From the NCBI GenBank assembly GCA_041663665.1, contig JBAYMG010000001.1, positions 193,482 through 257,481 on the forward strand: a stretch of DNA of 64,000 nucleotides. The letters run 5' to 3'. This DNA is from Candidatus Omnitrophota bacterium (GTDB lineage: Bacteria > Omnitrophota > Gorgyraeia > Gygaellales > Profunditerraquicolaceae). Positions 9,595 to 19,909 of this stretch are shown here, piece by piece. Positions within the stretch are counted from its first letter, which is position 1. Each line of letters opens with the position of its first letter. The position numbers were made by a program, and so were the translations under genes. The notes beneath the pieces are model-generated. The model saw only the letters and a list, made by a program, of their open reading frames with translations. It was not told the origin of the DNA and searched no databases.

Positions 9595-10662
9595 ATGAAA
9601 AGCAAAGTATATTTTATTGCGGTAAAAAATTCCGAGAGTATTGAAGGTATTAATCAAAAGCTTAAAATATTGTTAGATGAGAGTAAGGTTTTAGATTTTA
9701 TTCGGAAGAACGATAAAGTTGCACTTAAGATGCATTTTGGAGAAGAAGGCAATACTGGTTATGTTAATGCTTCCCATGTGCGTGTAGTTTGTGATGAAAT
9801 TGCCAAGAAGGAAGCCAGCGTATTTCTCTCAGATGCAAATACGCTTTATCGCGGTAGGCGCCTGAACTCTTTAGATCATAAAAATCTTGCTCTGGAGCAT
9901 GGTTTTACTAAAGACGTAACCGGAGCAGAGGTTATTATTCCTGATGATACTAAAAGCGAAAATAGCATTAGTGTTGAAATTAATCAGAAATTTATTACGA
10001 GCGCAAAGATAGCGCGGATTTTTATCGATGCGAATGCGTTGCTTGTGGTCAGCCATTTTAAGGGGCATATTCTTACCGGGTTTGGAGGCGCGGTTAAGAA
10101 TATCGGGATGGGGTGTGCTACGCGAGAAGGAAAGCTTGCTCAACATTGTGATGTTGCCCCGGTAGTCCATCTTGATAGGTGTATTGGCTGCGGTGCTTGC
10201 GAAAAAATTTGCCCGGTACAAGCAATTCATCTTGAAAATAAGAAATCTGTAGTTGATAAGTCAAAATGCATTGGTTGCGCAAGCTGCCTGGCAGTATGCC
10301 CGACAATGGCGATGTTTATTGATTTTAGCGCCGGGGATAAGGTACAGGAAAAAATGGCCGAGTATAGCTTAGCGGTGCTTAGAAATAAGAGAAATAAAGC
10401 CGGGTTTATAAATTTTGCGGTTAAAATTAATAAAGAATGTGATTGTTGGGGGATGGAAAATCCACGGATTGCTCCAGATGTCGGGATATTAGCATCGTTG
10501 GATCCGGTGAGCATCGATAAGGCAAGTTTTGATTTAGTAAACAATGTTTGCGGAAAAAATATTTTTAAAGAAACACATCCTGAACAAGACGGTATAAAAC
10601 ATCTTAAATACTCCCAGGAATTAGGATTAGGCAGTCTTGACTACGAGCTGTTAAAATTATAA
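9595..10662 (+). CDS. DUF362 domain protein with 2x[4Fe-4S] ferredoxin insert
   Basis: CIGCGACEKICP and CIGCASCLAVCP ferredoxin motifs embedded in a DUF362-like scaffold. Confidence 0.7.
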   Translation: MKSKVYFIAVKNSESIEGINQKLKILLDESKVLDFIRKNDKVALKMHFGEEGNTGYVNASHVRVVCDEIAKKEASVFLSDANTLYRGRRLNSLDHKNLALEHGFTKDVTGAEVIIPDDTKSENSISVEINQKFITSAKIARIFIDANALLVVSHFKGHILTGFGGAVKNIGMGCATREGKLAQHCDVAPVVHLDRCIGCGACEKICPVQAIHLENKKSVVDKSKCIGCASCLAVCPTMAMFIDFSAGDKVQEKMAEYSLAVLRNKRNKAGFINFAVKINKECDCWGMENPRIAPDVGILASLDPVSIDKASFDLVNNVCGKNIFKETHPEQDGIKHLKYSQELGLGSLDYELLKL

Positions 10663-10691
10663 GTTCCAATTAAGGTGATAATTTTTAAAGC

Positions 10692-11117
10692 TTGATTAAT
10701 AATGGAGGTAGCATGGCAGATAAGCTGGAAGGAAGAGAACGTAGGAAATCCGAGCGTATTGATGCTTCTTTTACTCTTACCTACTATGTCGAAAAGCCTT
10801 ATACTTTATGTATTAGCTTAGGTTTGGTGGGAAGCGTAGAGGCAGTAATGGTTAATTTAAGCGATTCCGGTATGGCAATTATAACCGATTATGATATTCC
10901 TCAGGGTGTTCAGCTTTATATTAAGTTTAACCTGATAAATATGCGTTTAAGCGGCGATGAGCGTTGGAGGTCAATGAAGATCACTGGGGATGTGGTTTCT
11001 AATGTACTCTTACCGAATAAAAGCCATAGAGTAGGTATTCATTTTGGGAAAATTTTAGAAGCGGATAGTGTAGCGATAAGGAATTTTGTGTTGTGTAATA
11101 AAATTCCTTCGGCATAA
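10692..11117 (+). CDS. PilZ domain protein
   Basis: RRKSER (RxxxR) and N-L-S-D-S-G (D/NxSxxG). Confidence 0.55.
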   Translation: MINNGGSMADKLEGRERRKSERIDASFTLTYYVEKPYTLCISLGLVGSVEAVMVNLSDSGMAIITDYDIPQGVQLYIKFNLINMRLSGDERWRSMKITGDVVSNVLLPNKSHRVGIHFGKILEADSVAIRNFVLCNKIPSA

Positions 11118-11146
11118 TTTAAAATAAGTATTAACGGGAGGATTTA

Positions 11147-12097
11147 ATGTTCAGGGATAAGATTAAAGTTTTGGATTGTACGATTAGAGACGGTGGGTTG
11201 ATGAATAAACATGATTTTGATTTGCGTTTTGTGCGTGAGGTTTATAAGGCACTTTCCGAGGCGGGTATAGATTATATGGAAATTGGCTATAAGAATTCCC
11301 GCCGGCTTTTTAATCCGAAAGAATTCGGTAAATGGAAATTTTGTGATGATGCGGATATTTCAAAAGTCATTGATGGCGTTATTTCGCATACCAAGATTTC
11401 GGTTATGGTTGACGTGGACAGAGTTGATGTTGATGATATTCTGCCGAAAAAAGACAGCCCGGTAGACATGATTAGGGTTGCTACTTATGTTAAGGATGTG
11501 GATAAAGCAATATTTCTAACTAATCATTTTGCTGATAAAGGTTATGAAACTGCGGTGAATATTATGGCTATATCCCGTGCGCTGGATAATGAGCTGAACG
11601 AATGCCTGGAGCAGCTAGAGAAGGAATGCAGGGCAAAGATAATTAATATTGTTGATAGTTTTGGCTCTCTTTATCAAGAGTCAACCGAGTTTTTAATTAA
11701 GAAGGCTAAAAATATTTTAAAAACTAAAGAAATTGGTATGCATGCGCATAATAATCAGCAGCTTGCATTTTCAAATACCATTGAAGCAATCATACATAAT
11801 GCTAACTATGTAGATACTACAATCTTTGGTTTGGGAAGAGCAGCGGGAAATTGTCCGACAGAGCTTATGCTGGGATTTCTGAAGAATCCTAAATATGATA
11901 TCCGGCCGATTCTAGATGTAATTTCTAAGGAGTTTATTCCTTTGCAGAAAAAAATTGAGTGGGGATATTTTATCCCTTATGCGATAACCGGAATGCTTGA
12001 TGAGCATCCGCGCACAGCCATTGCTTTGCGTGAAAGTGATAAAAAAGAGAATTACCGTGAGTTTTATGAGGAGCTAGTTGGAGAAGTCGGGGATTAA
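11147..12097 (+). CDS. HMGL-like (DRE-TIM metallolyase) family aldolase/carboxyltransferase
   Basis: N-terminal VLDCTIRDGG signature of the HMGL-like/pyruvate carboxyltransferase family. Confidence 0.65.
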   Translation: MFRDKIKVLDCTIRDGGLMNKHDFDLRFVREVYKALSEAGIDYMEIGYKNSRRLFNPKEFGKWKFCDDADISKVIDGVISHTKISVMVDVDRVDVDDILPKKDSPVDMIRVATYVKDVDKAIFLTNHFADKGYETAVNIMAISRALDNELNECLEQLEKECRAKIINIVDSFGSLYQESTEFLIKKAKNILKTKEIGMHAHNNQQLAFSNTIEAIIHNANYVDTTIFGLGRAAGNCPTELMLGFLKNPKYDIRPILDVISKEFIPLQKKIEWGYFIPYAITGMLDEHPRTAIALRESDKKENYREFYEELVGEVGD

Positions 12098-12724
12098 ATG
12101 AATTTAGAAGATTTTAAGAAGAAACCTATTTTAGGAATATTGCGGGGAGTAGACTTGGGGGCAATTGAGCCTTTGGTTGAAACGGTCATTTCCGCGGGTT
12201 TGGAAACATTAGAAATAACTATGAATACCCAAGGCGCCCCGGAGTTAATCCGTAAAGCAAAAAAAGTTGCAAATTCCCGGCTTGTATTGGGAGCAGGGAC
12301 AGTGCTCTCAATACAAGATTTAAAAATAGCTTTAAAAAGCGGAGCCAGCTTTATTGTTATGCCGGTCTTAATTAGAGATGTTGTAAAATATTGTGTGAAA
12401 AATAAGATACCTGTTTTTCCCGGGGCGCTAAGCGCGCAAGAGATTTATCAAGCCTGGGGAGCAGGGGCTTCGATGGTCAAGGTTTTCCCGGCAAAGTTCT
12501 TTGGCCCGGAATATCTTAAAGAAATAAAAGGGCCTTTTAATAAGATAGAGCTTTTGGCTTGCGGCGGAGTAACCGCGGAAAATTTAAATGAATATTTTGC
12601 TAATGGTGCAAGCGGGGTAACTTTTGGAGCAAGCATTTTTAAAAAAGATTGTCTGTTAAACCGGGATTTCAAAGCCATTCATGCGGCAGTTAAAAAGTTT
12701 GTTGATGCCTGGGGGAAGCATTGA
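12098..12724 (+). CDS. eda: KDPG/KHG aldolase (2-dehydro-3-deoxyphosphogluconate aldolase)
   Basis: ILGILRG...GLETLEITMNT...GAGTVL...FIVMP...KVFPA...ACGGV, the classic Eda pattern. Confidence 0.8.
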   Translation: MNLEDFKKKPILGILRGVDLGAIEPLVETVISAGLETLEITMNTQGAPELIRKAKKVANSRLVLGAGTVLSIQDLKIALKSGASFIVMPVLIRDVVKYCVKNKIPVFPGALSAQEIYQAWGAGASMVKVFPAKFFGPEYLKEIKGPFNKIELLACGGVTAENLNEYFANGASGVTFGASIFKKDCLLNRDFKAIHAAVKKFVDAWGKH

Positions 12725-13737
12725 TTAAAAGAATCTCCGGAATTGTCCTATTAGTTATTTTTTTGTCAGGAGTTGGTATGGCAGGTGGCCAGGATAAAAT
12801 AAAGATATTTGATGCTAAGTTTGGCAAAGTCATCGAGGTTGATAAGGTTATTAAGAGCGATGATGAATGGAAGCACATTCTTACTCCTGAACAGTATCGC
12901 GTTATGCGCCGCAAAGGTACCGAAGAGCCGTTTCAAATAAAATGTCCTTTGCCGCCTAAAGATAAAAACGGTATTTATCAGTGTGTTGCCTGTGGTACGG
13001 ATTTATTCAGATACTATGCCAAATTTGAGTCAGGTACAGGTTGGCCGAGTTTCTGGGAGCCGGTATCAGAATTAAATGTTAGGTTAAAGCCTGATGACAG
13101 TTTGGGTATGAAGAGAACTGAAATTTTATGCGCACGTTGTGATGCCCATCTGGGGCATGTTTTTGATGACGGACCTCTCCCCGCCGGAAAACGTTATTGC
13201 ATTAATGCTATTGTACTAAAATTAGCAGATATGCCTTTGCGGGAGAAAGCTGCTTTTGCGGCAGGTTGTTTTTGGGGTGCGGAAGCGGCTTTCGGGCAGA
13301 TTCCCGGAGTGGTTTCGACTTTGGTTGGTTACATGGGGGGAGTAACAAAGAATCCTACTTACGAAGAAGTCTGTGGAAATAAAACCGGACACGCTGAAAC
13401 AGTCTTGATTGAATATGACCCGGATAAAGTCGCCTATAATTATCTTCTGGATTTTTTCTTTAATCTTCATGATCCAACTACTGCTAACCGCCAGGGGCCG
13501 GATATAGGTTCGCAATATCGTTCGGTAATTTTTTATTATACGCAAGAGCAAAAGGAATTAGCAACAGCTTTTAAGAAAAAGCTTCAAGATTCTAAAAAAT
13601 TTAAATCCCCGATTTTAACCGAGATTATTCCGGCAGGAGAGTTTTATAAGGCTGAAGATTATCATCAAAAATACTTTGATAAAAAAGGTATTAAGCCAAC
13701 CTGTTACATACCTTTAAGGAAAGTTGATAAAATTTAA
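12721..13737 (+). CDS. msrAB: bifunctional peptide methionine sulfoxide reductase MsrB-MsrA, with N-terminal signal/anchor
   Basis: N-terminal MsrB (CVACGTDLF...GWPSFW...CARCDAHLGHVFDDGP), C-terminal MsrA (GCFWGAEAAF); N-terminal hydrophobic segment. Confidence 0.9.
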   Translation: MIKRISGIVLLVIFLSGVGMAGGQDKIKIFDAKFGKVIEVDKVIKSDDEWKHILTPEQYRVMRRKGTEEPFQIKCPLPPKDKNGIYQCVACGTDLFRYYAKFESGTGWPSFWEPVSELNVRLKPDDSLGMKRTEILCARCDAHLGHVFDDGPLPAGKRYCINAIVLKLADMPLREKAAFAAGCFWGAEAAFGQIPGVVSTLVGYMGGVTKNPTYEEVCGNKTGHAETVLIEYDPDKVAYNYLLDFFFNLHDPTTANRQGPDIGSQYRSVIFYYTQEQKELATAFKKKLQDSKKFKSPILTEIIPAGEFYKAEDYHQKYFDKKGIKPTCYIPLRKVDKI

Positions 13738-13741
13738 AACT

Positions 13742-14779
13742 ATGAATAAAATTTCAAAAGACTATGAAATTGGAGACGTTGAAGCGGATGGTTTAATTGA
13801 CCAGCTGGTTAAAAAATCCGGCTCTACTGAAAATGGGTACTTATTAAGAGAAATCCTTACTACCGCGGTTAAGCTGGGAAGAGAATCCAGCGATAAAGGA
13901 GATCTAAAACTTGTAAATAATACGCTTAAAGAATTACGCTATTCATTTCGAATATTTTCTCCTTATCGAAATATTAAAAAAGTTATAATTTTTGGTTCAG
14001 CTCGCTCGGGTAAAACATCAGCTGAATATAAAATGGCTGAAGAATTTTCAAGGAAGCTGACTGAAAAAGGTTATATGATTGTGACTGGCGGCGGTCCCGG
14101 GGTGATGGAAGCAGGCAATAAGGGGGCGGGCAGAGGGAAAGATTTTGCGCTAAATATCCGCCTGCCTTTTGAGCAAAAACCTAATCCTTATATTGATGAA
14201 AAAGAAAAACTGATTAATTTTAAATATTTTTTCACTAGGAAATTGGTATTTGTTAAAGAAACTGATGCTACCGCGCTTTTTCCAGGAGGTTTTGGCACTA
14301 ATGATGAAGGGTTTGAAATGCTGACACTGATCCAGACTGGGAAATCCAAGCCCCGGCCGATAGTACTAATGGAGCCGCCAGGCTCTAGTTATTGGGCTGA
14401 TTGGAAACGTTTTATAACCAAGCAATTATTCAAAAAAGGTTTTATCAATAAGGAGGATTTTAGCCTTTTTTCTATTGCCAAAACAATTAATCAGGCAATT
14501 AAGCAGATTGAAGATTTTTATCAGGTGTATCACTCGATCCGCTATGTTTCGGGTTTAACTGTGATCAGATTAAATAAGCAGCTGCAAGCTAAAACCTTGG
14601 CGCTTTTAAATAGAAGGTTTAAAGATATTTTAACCCGCGGTGAAATCTGCTCTTCGTCTCCAACTAAAGAGGAAATTGAAAAAGGAGAGTATCTTGATTT
14701 GCCCAGAATTATCATGAACTTTAATATGCACGATTACGGCAGGCTTTGTGAATTGATTCAGGTAATTAATAAAGATTAA
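13742..14779 (+). CDS. LOG family protein (TIGR00730 lysine-decarboxylase-like / nucleotide 5'-monophosphate nucleosidase)
   Basis: IFGSARSG...GYMIVTGGGPGVMEAGNKGA...PGGFGTNDE LOG signature; start at the second ATG, 13742. Confidence 0.8.
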   Translation: MNKISKDYEIGDVEADGLIDQLVKKSGSTENGYLLREILTTAVKLGRESSDKGDLKLVNNTLKELRYSFRIFSPYRNIKKVIIFGSARSGKTSAEYKMAEEFSRKLTEKGYMIVTGGGPGVMEAGNKGAGRGKDFALNIRLPFEQKPNPYIDEKEKLINFKYFFTRKLVFVKETDATALFPGGFGTNDEGFEMLTLIQTGKSKPRPIVLMEPPGSSYWADWKRFITKQLFKKGFINKEDFSLFSIAKTINQAIKQIEDFYQVYHSIRYVSGLTVIRLNKQLQAKTLALLNRRFKDILTRGEICSSSPTKEEIEKGEYLDLPRIIMNFNMHDYGRLCELIQVINKD

Positions 14780-14796
14780 GGAGTTATGTTTTAAAT

Positions 14797-16440
14797 ATGC
14801 TTACTGCAGTATTTTCTCTAGCTTGTGTTTTATTCATATTTGCCTATATCAAGTACGGTAAATTCCTTAAAAAACATTTTGAATTGGACAATAATAATCA
14901 GGTTCCTTCGCAGCGTATGTATGATGGGGTAGATTATGTTCCGGCTCCTGCGCCAGTTTTATTCGGCCATCATTTTTCATCAATTGCCGGTGCTGGTCCG
15001 GTTTTAGGCCCGATTATTGCCGGTATTGTTTTTGGCTGGGCACCGGTTTGGTTGTGGGTGATCATCGGTTCTATTTTTATCGGCGGTATCCATGATTTTT
15101 CAAGCCTGGTAATTTCCATCCGTAACCGTGGACGTTCAATTGCTGAGATAGCTAATACATATATGTCTAAACGGGCATATCAGCTTATGCTTGCTTTTAT
15201 CTGGTTTACCCTGGTTTATGTGTTAACTGTTTTTACTGACTTAACTGCTAGTACTTTTAAGCTTGATGGGGGAGTGGGAACCTCATCGTTGCTTTTTATA
15301 CTGCTTGCGGTTGGTTTTGGAATTTTCTTGTACCGGGTAAAAATACCTTTAAAATTGGCGACTTTAATATTTGTTCCATTGTTATTTTTCTCGGTTTGGT
15401 TGGGGCAGATAATTCCTTTAAGCAATATTCCCGCGATTTTTGGAGATAGAGCCAAGACTTGGGATGTTGTGTTGATTATCTATTGTTTTGTTGCTTCGGT
15501 TACTCCGGTTTGGATATTATTGCAGCCACGTGATTATCTATCCAGTTTTTTGCTTTATGCTTCGCTAATCGGTGGATTCTTCGGAATTCTTTTAGGAGGG
15601 TTGCCGCTTAATTATCCGGCATTTATCAGTTGGGATGGACAGGGCATTGGGCCGATGTTTCCTATGCTTTTTATAACTGTGGCTTGCGGAGCAATCAGCG
15701 GTTTTCATGCTATTGTTGCCAGCGGCACCTCCTCTAAGCAGCTCAAAAAAGAATCTGATGCTTTACCTATTGGCTATGGCGCTATGCTGGTTGAGGGGTT
15801 GGTTGCTATTATTGCTTTATGTACGGTAATGGTTATCGGCCGAAATGATTCTTTAACTACCCAAGCGCCTTTAGCAATTTATGGCGCAGGCATAGCTAAA
15901 TTTTTATCTGTGTTTGGGGTCCCGGAAAAATTTGGAGCTTCTTTTGGGTTATTGGCACTTTCTACCTTTATTTTAACGACGCTAGATACTGCCACCAGGT
16001 TAGCTCGTTATATTTTTCAAGAATTTTTTAATATTGAAGGAAAACATACCCGGTATTTGGCAACGGCAGTTACTTTGTTTTTACCTGCGGTTTTTGTTTT
16101 AATTACCATTAAGGATGCAAGTGGTAATGTTATACCTGCCTGGAAAAGTATTTGGCCGGTTTTTGGAGCGACTAATCAGCTTTTAGCCGGGCTTGTACTT
16201 ATGGTTGTAGCGGTTTGGCTTAAGAAAAAAGGCAAACATATTTGGTTTGTAGTTATTCCTATGCTCTTCATGCTGCTGATGACGCTCTGGGCATTATTCT
16301 TGGTAATTATTCAGTATAAATTAAGCCTGATTGGTTTTATCGGAGTGATTCTATTGTTTTTAGCATTCTTATTGATTTTAGAAGCCATTAAAATTTTTGA
16401 GGTAAAACAGCACATCAGAAAAATTTTAAGGAAAAAATAA
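14797..16440 (+). CDS. cstA: carbon starvation protein A family transporter
   Basis: 547 aa polytopic membrane protein; HHFSSIAGAGPVLGPIIA CstA motif. Confidence 0.85.
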   Translation: MLTAVFSLACVLFIFAYIKYGKFLKKHFELDNNNQVPSQRMYDGVDYVPAPAPVLFGHHFSSIAGAGPVLGPIIAGIVFGWAPVWLWVIIGSIFIGGIHDFSSLVISIRNRGRSIAEIANTYMSKRAYQLMLAFIWFTLVYVLTVFTDLTASTFKLDGGVGTSSLLFILLAVGFGIFLYRVKIPLKLATLIFVPLLFFSVWLGQIIPLSNIPAIFGDRAKTWDVVLIIYCFVASVTPVWILLQPRDYLSSFLLYASLIGGFFGILLGGLPLNYPAFISWDGQGIGPMFPMLFITVACGAISGFHAIVASGTSSKQLKKESDALPIGYGAMLVEGLVAIIALCTVMVIGRNDSLTTQAPLAIYGAGIAKFLSVFGVPEKFGASFGLLALSTFILTTLDTATRLARYIFQEFFNIEGKHTRYLATAVTLFLPAVFVLITIKDASGNVIPAWKSIWPVFGATNQLLAGLVLMVVAVWLKKKGKHIWFVVIPMLFMLLMTLWALFLVIIQYKLSLIGFIGVILLFLAFLLILEAIKIFEVKQHIRKILRKK

Positions 16441-16644
16441 ATGGAATTTAGATTAGAAGGTGATTTTATTGAATTGGATAATTTGTTAAAGGCGGCAAGG
16501 TTTGCTTCTAGCGGTGCTGAAGCTAAACTGCAGATACAGAAAGGAAAAATTAAAGTTAATGGAGTTGTTGAGTCCCGTATTCGCCGGAAGCTTCGCTTGG
16601 GAGATGCTGTGGAGTTTGGGGATGAGAACATTAAAGTTATCTGA
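16441..16644 (+). CDS. S4-domain RNA-binding protein (YbcJ/ribosome-associated)
   Basis: 67 aa; GKIKVNGVVESRIRRKLRLGD S4 fold pattern. Confidence 0.65.
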   Translation: MEFRLEGDFIELDNLLKAARFASSGAEAKLQIQKGKIKVNGVVESRIRRKLRLGDAVEFGDENIKVI

Positions 16645-16675
16645 TAATTGAGAGATTGTTCTTAATTTATTCTAT

Positions 16676-16703
16676 TTGACTTCGGTTTTTATAAGATTAT
16701 AAT
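16676..16703 (+). promoter_or_regulatory. sigma70-type promoter TTGACT-N16-TATAAT upstream of the envelope cluster
   Basis: TTGACT at 16676-16681 and TATAAT at 16698-16703, read directly. Confidence 0.45.
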
Positions 16704-16739
16704 AAATTATATTGGTTAGATTAGGAGATAAGATTAAAC

Positions 16740-18239
16740 ATGCCCTTTAAAGTTTTTAAGACTTTCTTTGTTGTTCTCGCCATAGTTTCAACTACAACTT
16801 TAGCTTTCGCTCAAGAGCCGAAAAATCCCATTTCTGAAGAAGAAAAATTCAACTCAAAAAATTTACTCGATGAAACTGCTATGCAGGCAGAAATGGATTT
16901 TTATGCCGGAAATGACCATCAAGCAGAACTAATCTTTAAGGGTTTAAAGGAAAAGAAGAATCACGATGTTGCCTTATGGGGCAATCAGCTAGGGTCCTTG
17001 TATCTGGCGCAAGGCCGCAAAAAAGAAGCTTTGGAAGCTTTTATGGACGCATACCTAGTGATGAATAATCTGACCGCTTTTAAGGATTTGGAATTAAAAT
17101 CTGTCGGATTAACCAGTTCTGAAGCAACTAAGGCTTATAAGGGCGATCCCTATGAAAAAGTGTTCAATTCTTTTTATGTCGGTATGCTTCTTTATGCAGA
17201 TAAAGATTTTGAGAATGCCCTAGCTTCTTTTAAAAACGGTATTTTATGCGATTCTGATGTCGGAAGTGATCTTTATAAGAGCGATGTAACTATTCTTTAT
17301 TTGATGGCTTCGCGCCTGGAATCTCTTCAGAAAAATCAATCTATGGCAGATGATTATTTTAAGCAGGCAATGGAAGCATTTATCCTTTCTTGCCCGAATA
17401 ATCGGGCACTAGTTTCTCAGGAGCAGAGTTTGCTGGATGATTTGGCTAAGAAACAAAAAATTCTGTTAAAGAAAGAGGCTCCCTATAAAAATGAAAATTC
17501 AGCAGAGTCAGCTAAAGCTAAAGCTAAAACGAAAACTGCCAAGCTAGAAAAAGAAATTGCGGATTTGGGAACTGAAATTTCTAAGCTTGAAACTGAAATC
17601 AAAGTTTTGACTGACAAGATACAGGAAAATGGCCGTAAGCTGGTAACGAGTAGTTTAAGAGATATTGTCAATCTTAATAATAATACTTTGTTGTGTATTG
17701 AGACTGGCAAGGGGCCGCTTAAGTATCAGTCCGGCAACTTCGGGGAAAAAGCGATTTTTACTATCAAGCCTTATCAAGCCACAGGTTTTAGTGTTACAGT
17801 TGATAATTTTACCAGAATTGATGTTGGCAGTTTTCTAAAGAATAACGATATTTATTATCAGGCTTCTACCCGCGGCGGGAGGGTTATGGATAGTATCTTA
17901 AAAGGTAAGGCGGAATTTAAGCAAACTACCGCCGATGTTTCAGAGGTGATTTCTGTTGCTTCGCAGGTATATGATCCTTATGGGGTAATGTCGCTCTTTA
18001 GTTTGGCAACTAAAGCAGTCAGCAATGCGACTAATCCTTATGCTGATGCCAGGCATTGGAGCTTGATTCCTGCAGAGATTCAGATGATCCCATTACATTT
18101 AAATGCCGGAACGCATAAATTTCAGATCGATAGCTATGACTCTAAAGGGAAATTGATTGAAAGCGTAAAGTTTGATCTAGAGATCAAAGATGAGGTTAGT
18201 AATGTTATCTTTAAGAGGTTCAGGGGAAAGATTTCTTAA
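16740..18239 (+). CDS. secreted hypothetical protein with TPR-like N-terminal region and central coiled coil
   Basis: Signal peptide ...TLAFAQE; KAKAKTKTAKLEKEIADLGTEISKLETEIKVL coiled coil. Confidence 0.5.
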   Translation: MPFKVFKTFFVVLAIVSTTTLAFAQEPKNPISEEEKFNSKNLLDETAMQAEMDFYAGNDHQAELIFKGLKEKKNHDVALWGNQLGSLYLAQGRKKEALEAFMDAYLVMNNLTAFKDLELKSVGLTSSEATKAYKGDPYEKVFNSFYVGMLLYADKDFENALASFKNGILCDSDVGSDLYKSDVTILYLMASRLESLQKNQSMADDYFKQAMEAFILSCPNNRALVSQEQSLLDDLAKKQKILLKKEAPYKNENSAESAKAKAKTKTAKLEKEIADLGTEISKLETEIKVLTDKIQENGRKLVTSSLRDIVNLNNNTLLCIETGKGPLKYQSGNFGEKAIFTIKPYQATGFSVTVDNFTRIDVGSFLKNNDIYYQASTRGGRVMDSILKGKAEFKQTTADVSEVISVASQVYDPYGVMSLFSLATKAVSNATNPYADARHWSLIPAEIQMIPLHLNAGTHKFQIDSYDSKGKLIESVKFDLEIKDEVSNVIFKRFRGKIS

Positions 18240-18240
18240 T

Positions 18241-18807
18241 ATGAAAAAACTATTTTTTATAGTTTCCGTTTTTCTGCTTTCGGGATGTGCCAGTGTTAAT
18301 CCTTACGCTCTAACTAAGACCCAAACTGTTCTGGACTTAAGCAATAATCGCGGGGTAGCATTGTTTACTTTAAAAGTTAATAATCCTGCGCAGGGCAGCC
18401 GGCTTTCTTTAGCTTCTTTTACAGCCCGCGAAACTAATCAGTATAAAGCTTATAATACTTTAGGTTATTATTCTGTTCCATTAACCCAAGAAAGTTATTC
18501 GGTACAGGATGATTTATATTTTTGTTCGGCAATTTTAACCAGTGGTATATACCGGTTAGACTCGTTTAACGGAATGATTAATTTATTATTTGGCGTTCCG
18601 TACACTTTAAAAATGGATAAGATTTTTGATGTTTATCCGGGCGTGATAAGTTATCTCGGACGGCTTGATTCCGGGCCATTGGATATGAAATCTGCTTTTA
18701 TGCAGTTAAAAAGTATCAGGGATAATTATGAGCAGGATACAGTAAAATTTAAAGAAATTTTTCCGGTATTACAAAATAAAGAAATTGGAAAAGATTCATT
18801 TTATTAA
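18241..18807 (+). CDS. lipoprotein, hypothetical
   Basis: MKKLFFIVSVFLLSGC lipobox; start at the internal ATG 18241. Confidence 0.55.
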   Translation: MKKLFFIVSVFLLSGCASVNPYALTKTQTVLDLSNNRGVALFTLKVNNPAQGSRLSLASFTARETNQYKAYNTLGYYSVPLTQESYSVQDDLYFCSAILTSGIYRLDSFNGMINLLFGVPYTLKMDKIFDVYPGVISYLGRLDSGPLDMKSAFMQLKSIRDNYEQDTVKFKEIFPVLQNKEIGKDSFY

Positions 18808-18867
18808 GTTAATCTTTTAAGGTGTATTAAAGCGCCTATCCCCTGTGGGGGTTAGAAAGGAGCAGTA

Positions 18868-19461
18868 ATGAGGTGTTCAGTGATTATTCTTGGGGCATTT
18901 TGTTTATTTTTGGCAGGCTGTGCAACGGTTGAGACTTCGCACATGCGCTCGATTCAGCCGGATCAGGATGATGAACTGGGTGGAACAGGCATCGAATCTA
19001 CGGATATCCGCACGGTATCGAGAAAAATGGCTGCTTCAATATTAGATGTTCCTCAGATTATGAAAGCTCAAGGCACCCCTAAGATTGCGCTTTTACCGGT
19101 AAAAAATTCCACGCGTTTTATTATCAATAAAGATATTTTTACTAAAAAAATCCGCATCGAGCTTAATCAGAATGCTTCCGGTAAAATTACGTTTCTTGCC
19201 CGGGATCGCATGGACGATATCTTAAAAGAAAGAACATCTAAGCGCGAAGGTTTGGTTGGTGCTAGTAAGCAGGAGGATCTAAAAGGAGTAGATTTTTATC
19301 TTACCGGGGAATTAATCGGTTTAAGTAAAGCGATTAACGGCGACCGGTCGGATTATATCTCAATGTCCTTTCAGCTTATTGATGCTGAGACCAGCGAGAT
19401 TATCTGGGAGAATGAATACGAAGTTAAGCGCGTAGGCGAGACAGGCGCTGTTTATCAATAA
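18868..19461 (+). CDS. LpoB-like (COG3417/YcfM-like) lipoprotein
   Basis: Lipobox LAGC; IALLPVKNST...ITFLARDRMDDI pattern resembles PBP-activator LpoB; followed by a YcfL-like gene, as in E. coli ycfL-lpoB. Confidence 0.45.
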   Translation: MRCSVIILGAFCLFLAGCATVETSHMRSIQPDQDDELGGTGIESTDIRTVSRKMAASILDVPQIMKAQGTPKIALLPVKNSTRFIINKDIFTKKIRIELNQNASGKITFLARDRMDDILKERTSKREGLVGASKQEDLKGVDFYLTGELIGLSKAINGDRSDYISMSFQLIDAETSEIIWENEYEVKRVGETGAVYQ

Positions 19462-19480
19462 TTTTTTTAAGGAGAGGGCT

Positions 19481-19894
19481 ATGTTTAAGAAAACATATTT
19501 ATTGTTGCTTGTGTTTGCATTTGTATTTGCAGGTTGTTCTTCGGTTCCGGCGAAAGGAATTAAGCCTAAGAAAGTATCTCAGCTGTATGAAGAGACAGAA
19601 ACCTTTGTTTATTTAAATAAAAATTTAAATAAGCAGCTAATGCTGGTGGATCAGGCAGTTTCGTCTACTGAAGACGGCAGACTGATTGTTAAAGCCAAGT
19701 TATTCAATAAATTACCTGAAGATTTACGGGTGCAGATTCAGACTGTTTTTAAAGATAAAGACGGTTATCCATCTGGAGATGAAACAAACTGGGAATTAAT
19801 TATTGTTCCCCATGATGCCTATTATTATTATGAAGCCAAGGCTATGAATACAAGAGGCCAGAGCCATGTTTCGCGCTGCCGTTATGCTGAATAG
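19481..19894 (+). CDS. YcfL-like (DUF1425) lipoprotein
   Basis: Lipobox FAGC, ~125 aa mature protein, adjacent to the LpoB-like gene. Confidence 0.4.
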   Translation: MFKKTYLLLLVFAFVFAGCSSVPAKGIKPKKVSQLYEETETFVYLNKNLNKQLMLVDQAVSSTEDGRLIVKAKLFNKLPEDLRVQIQTVFKDKDGYPSGDETNWELIIVPHDAYYYYEAKAMNTRGQSHVSRCRYAE

Positions 19895-19909
19895 AAGTGT
19901 TCGGTTTTT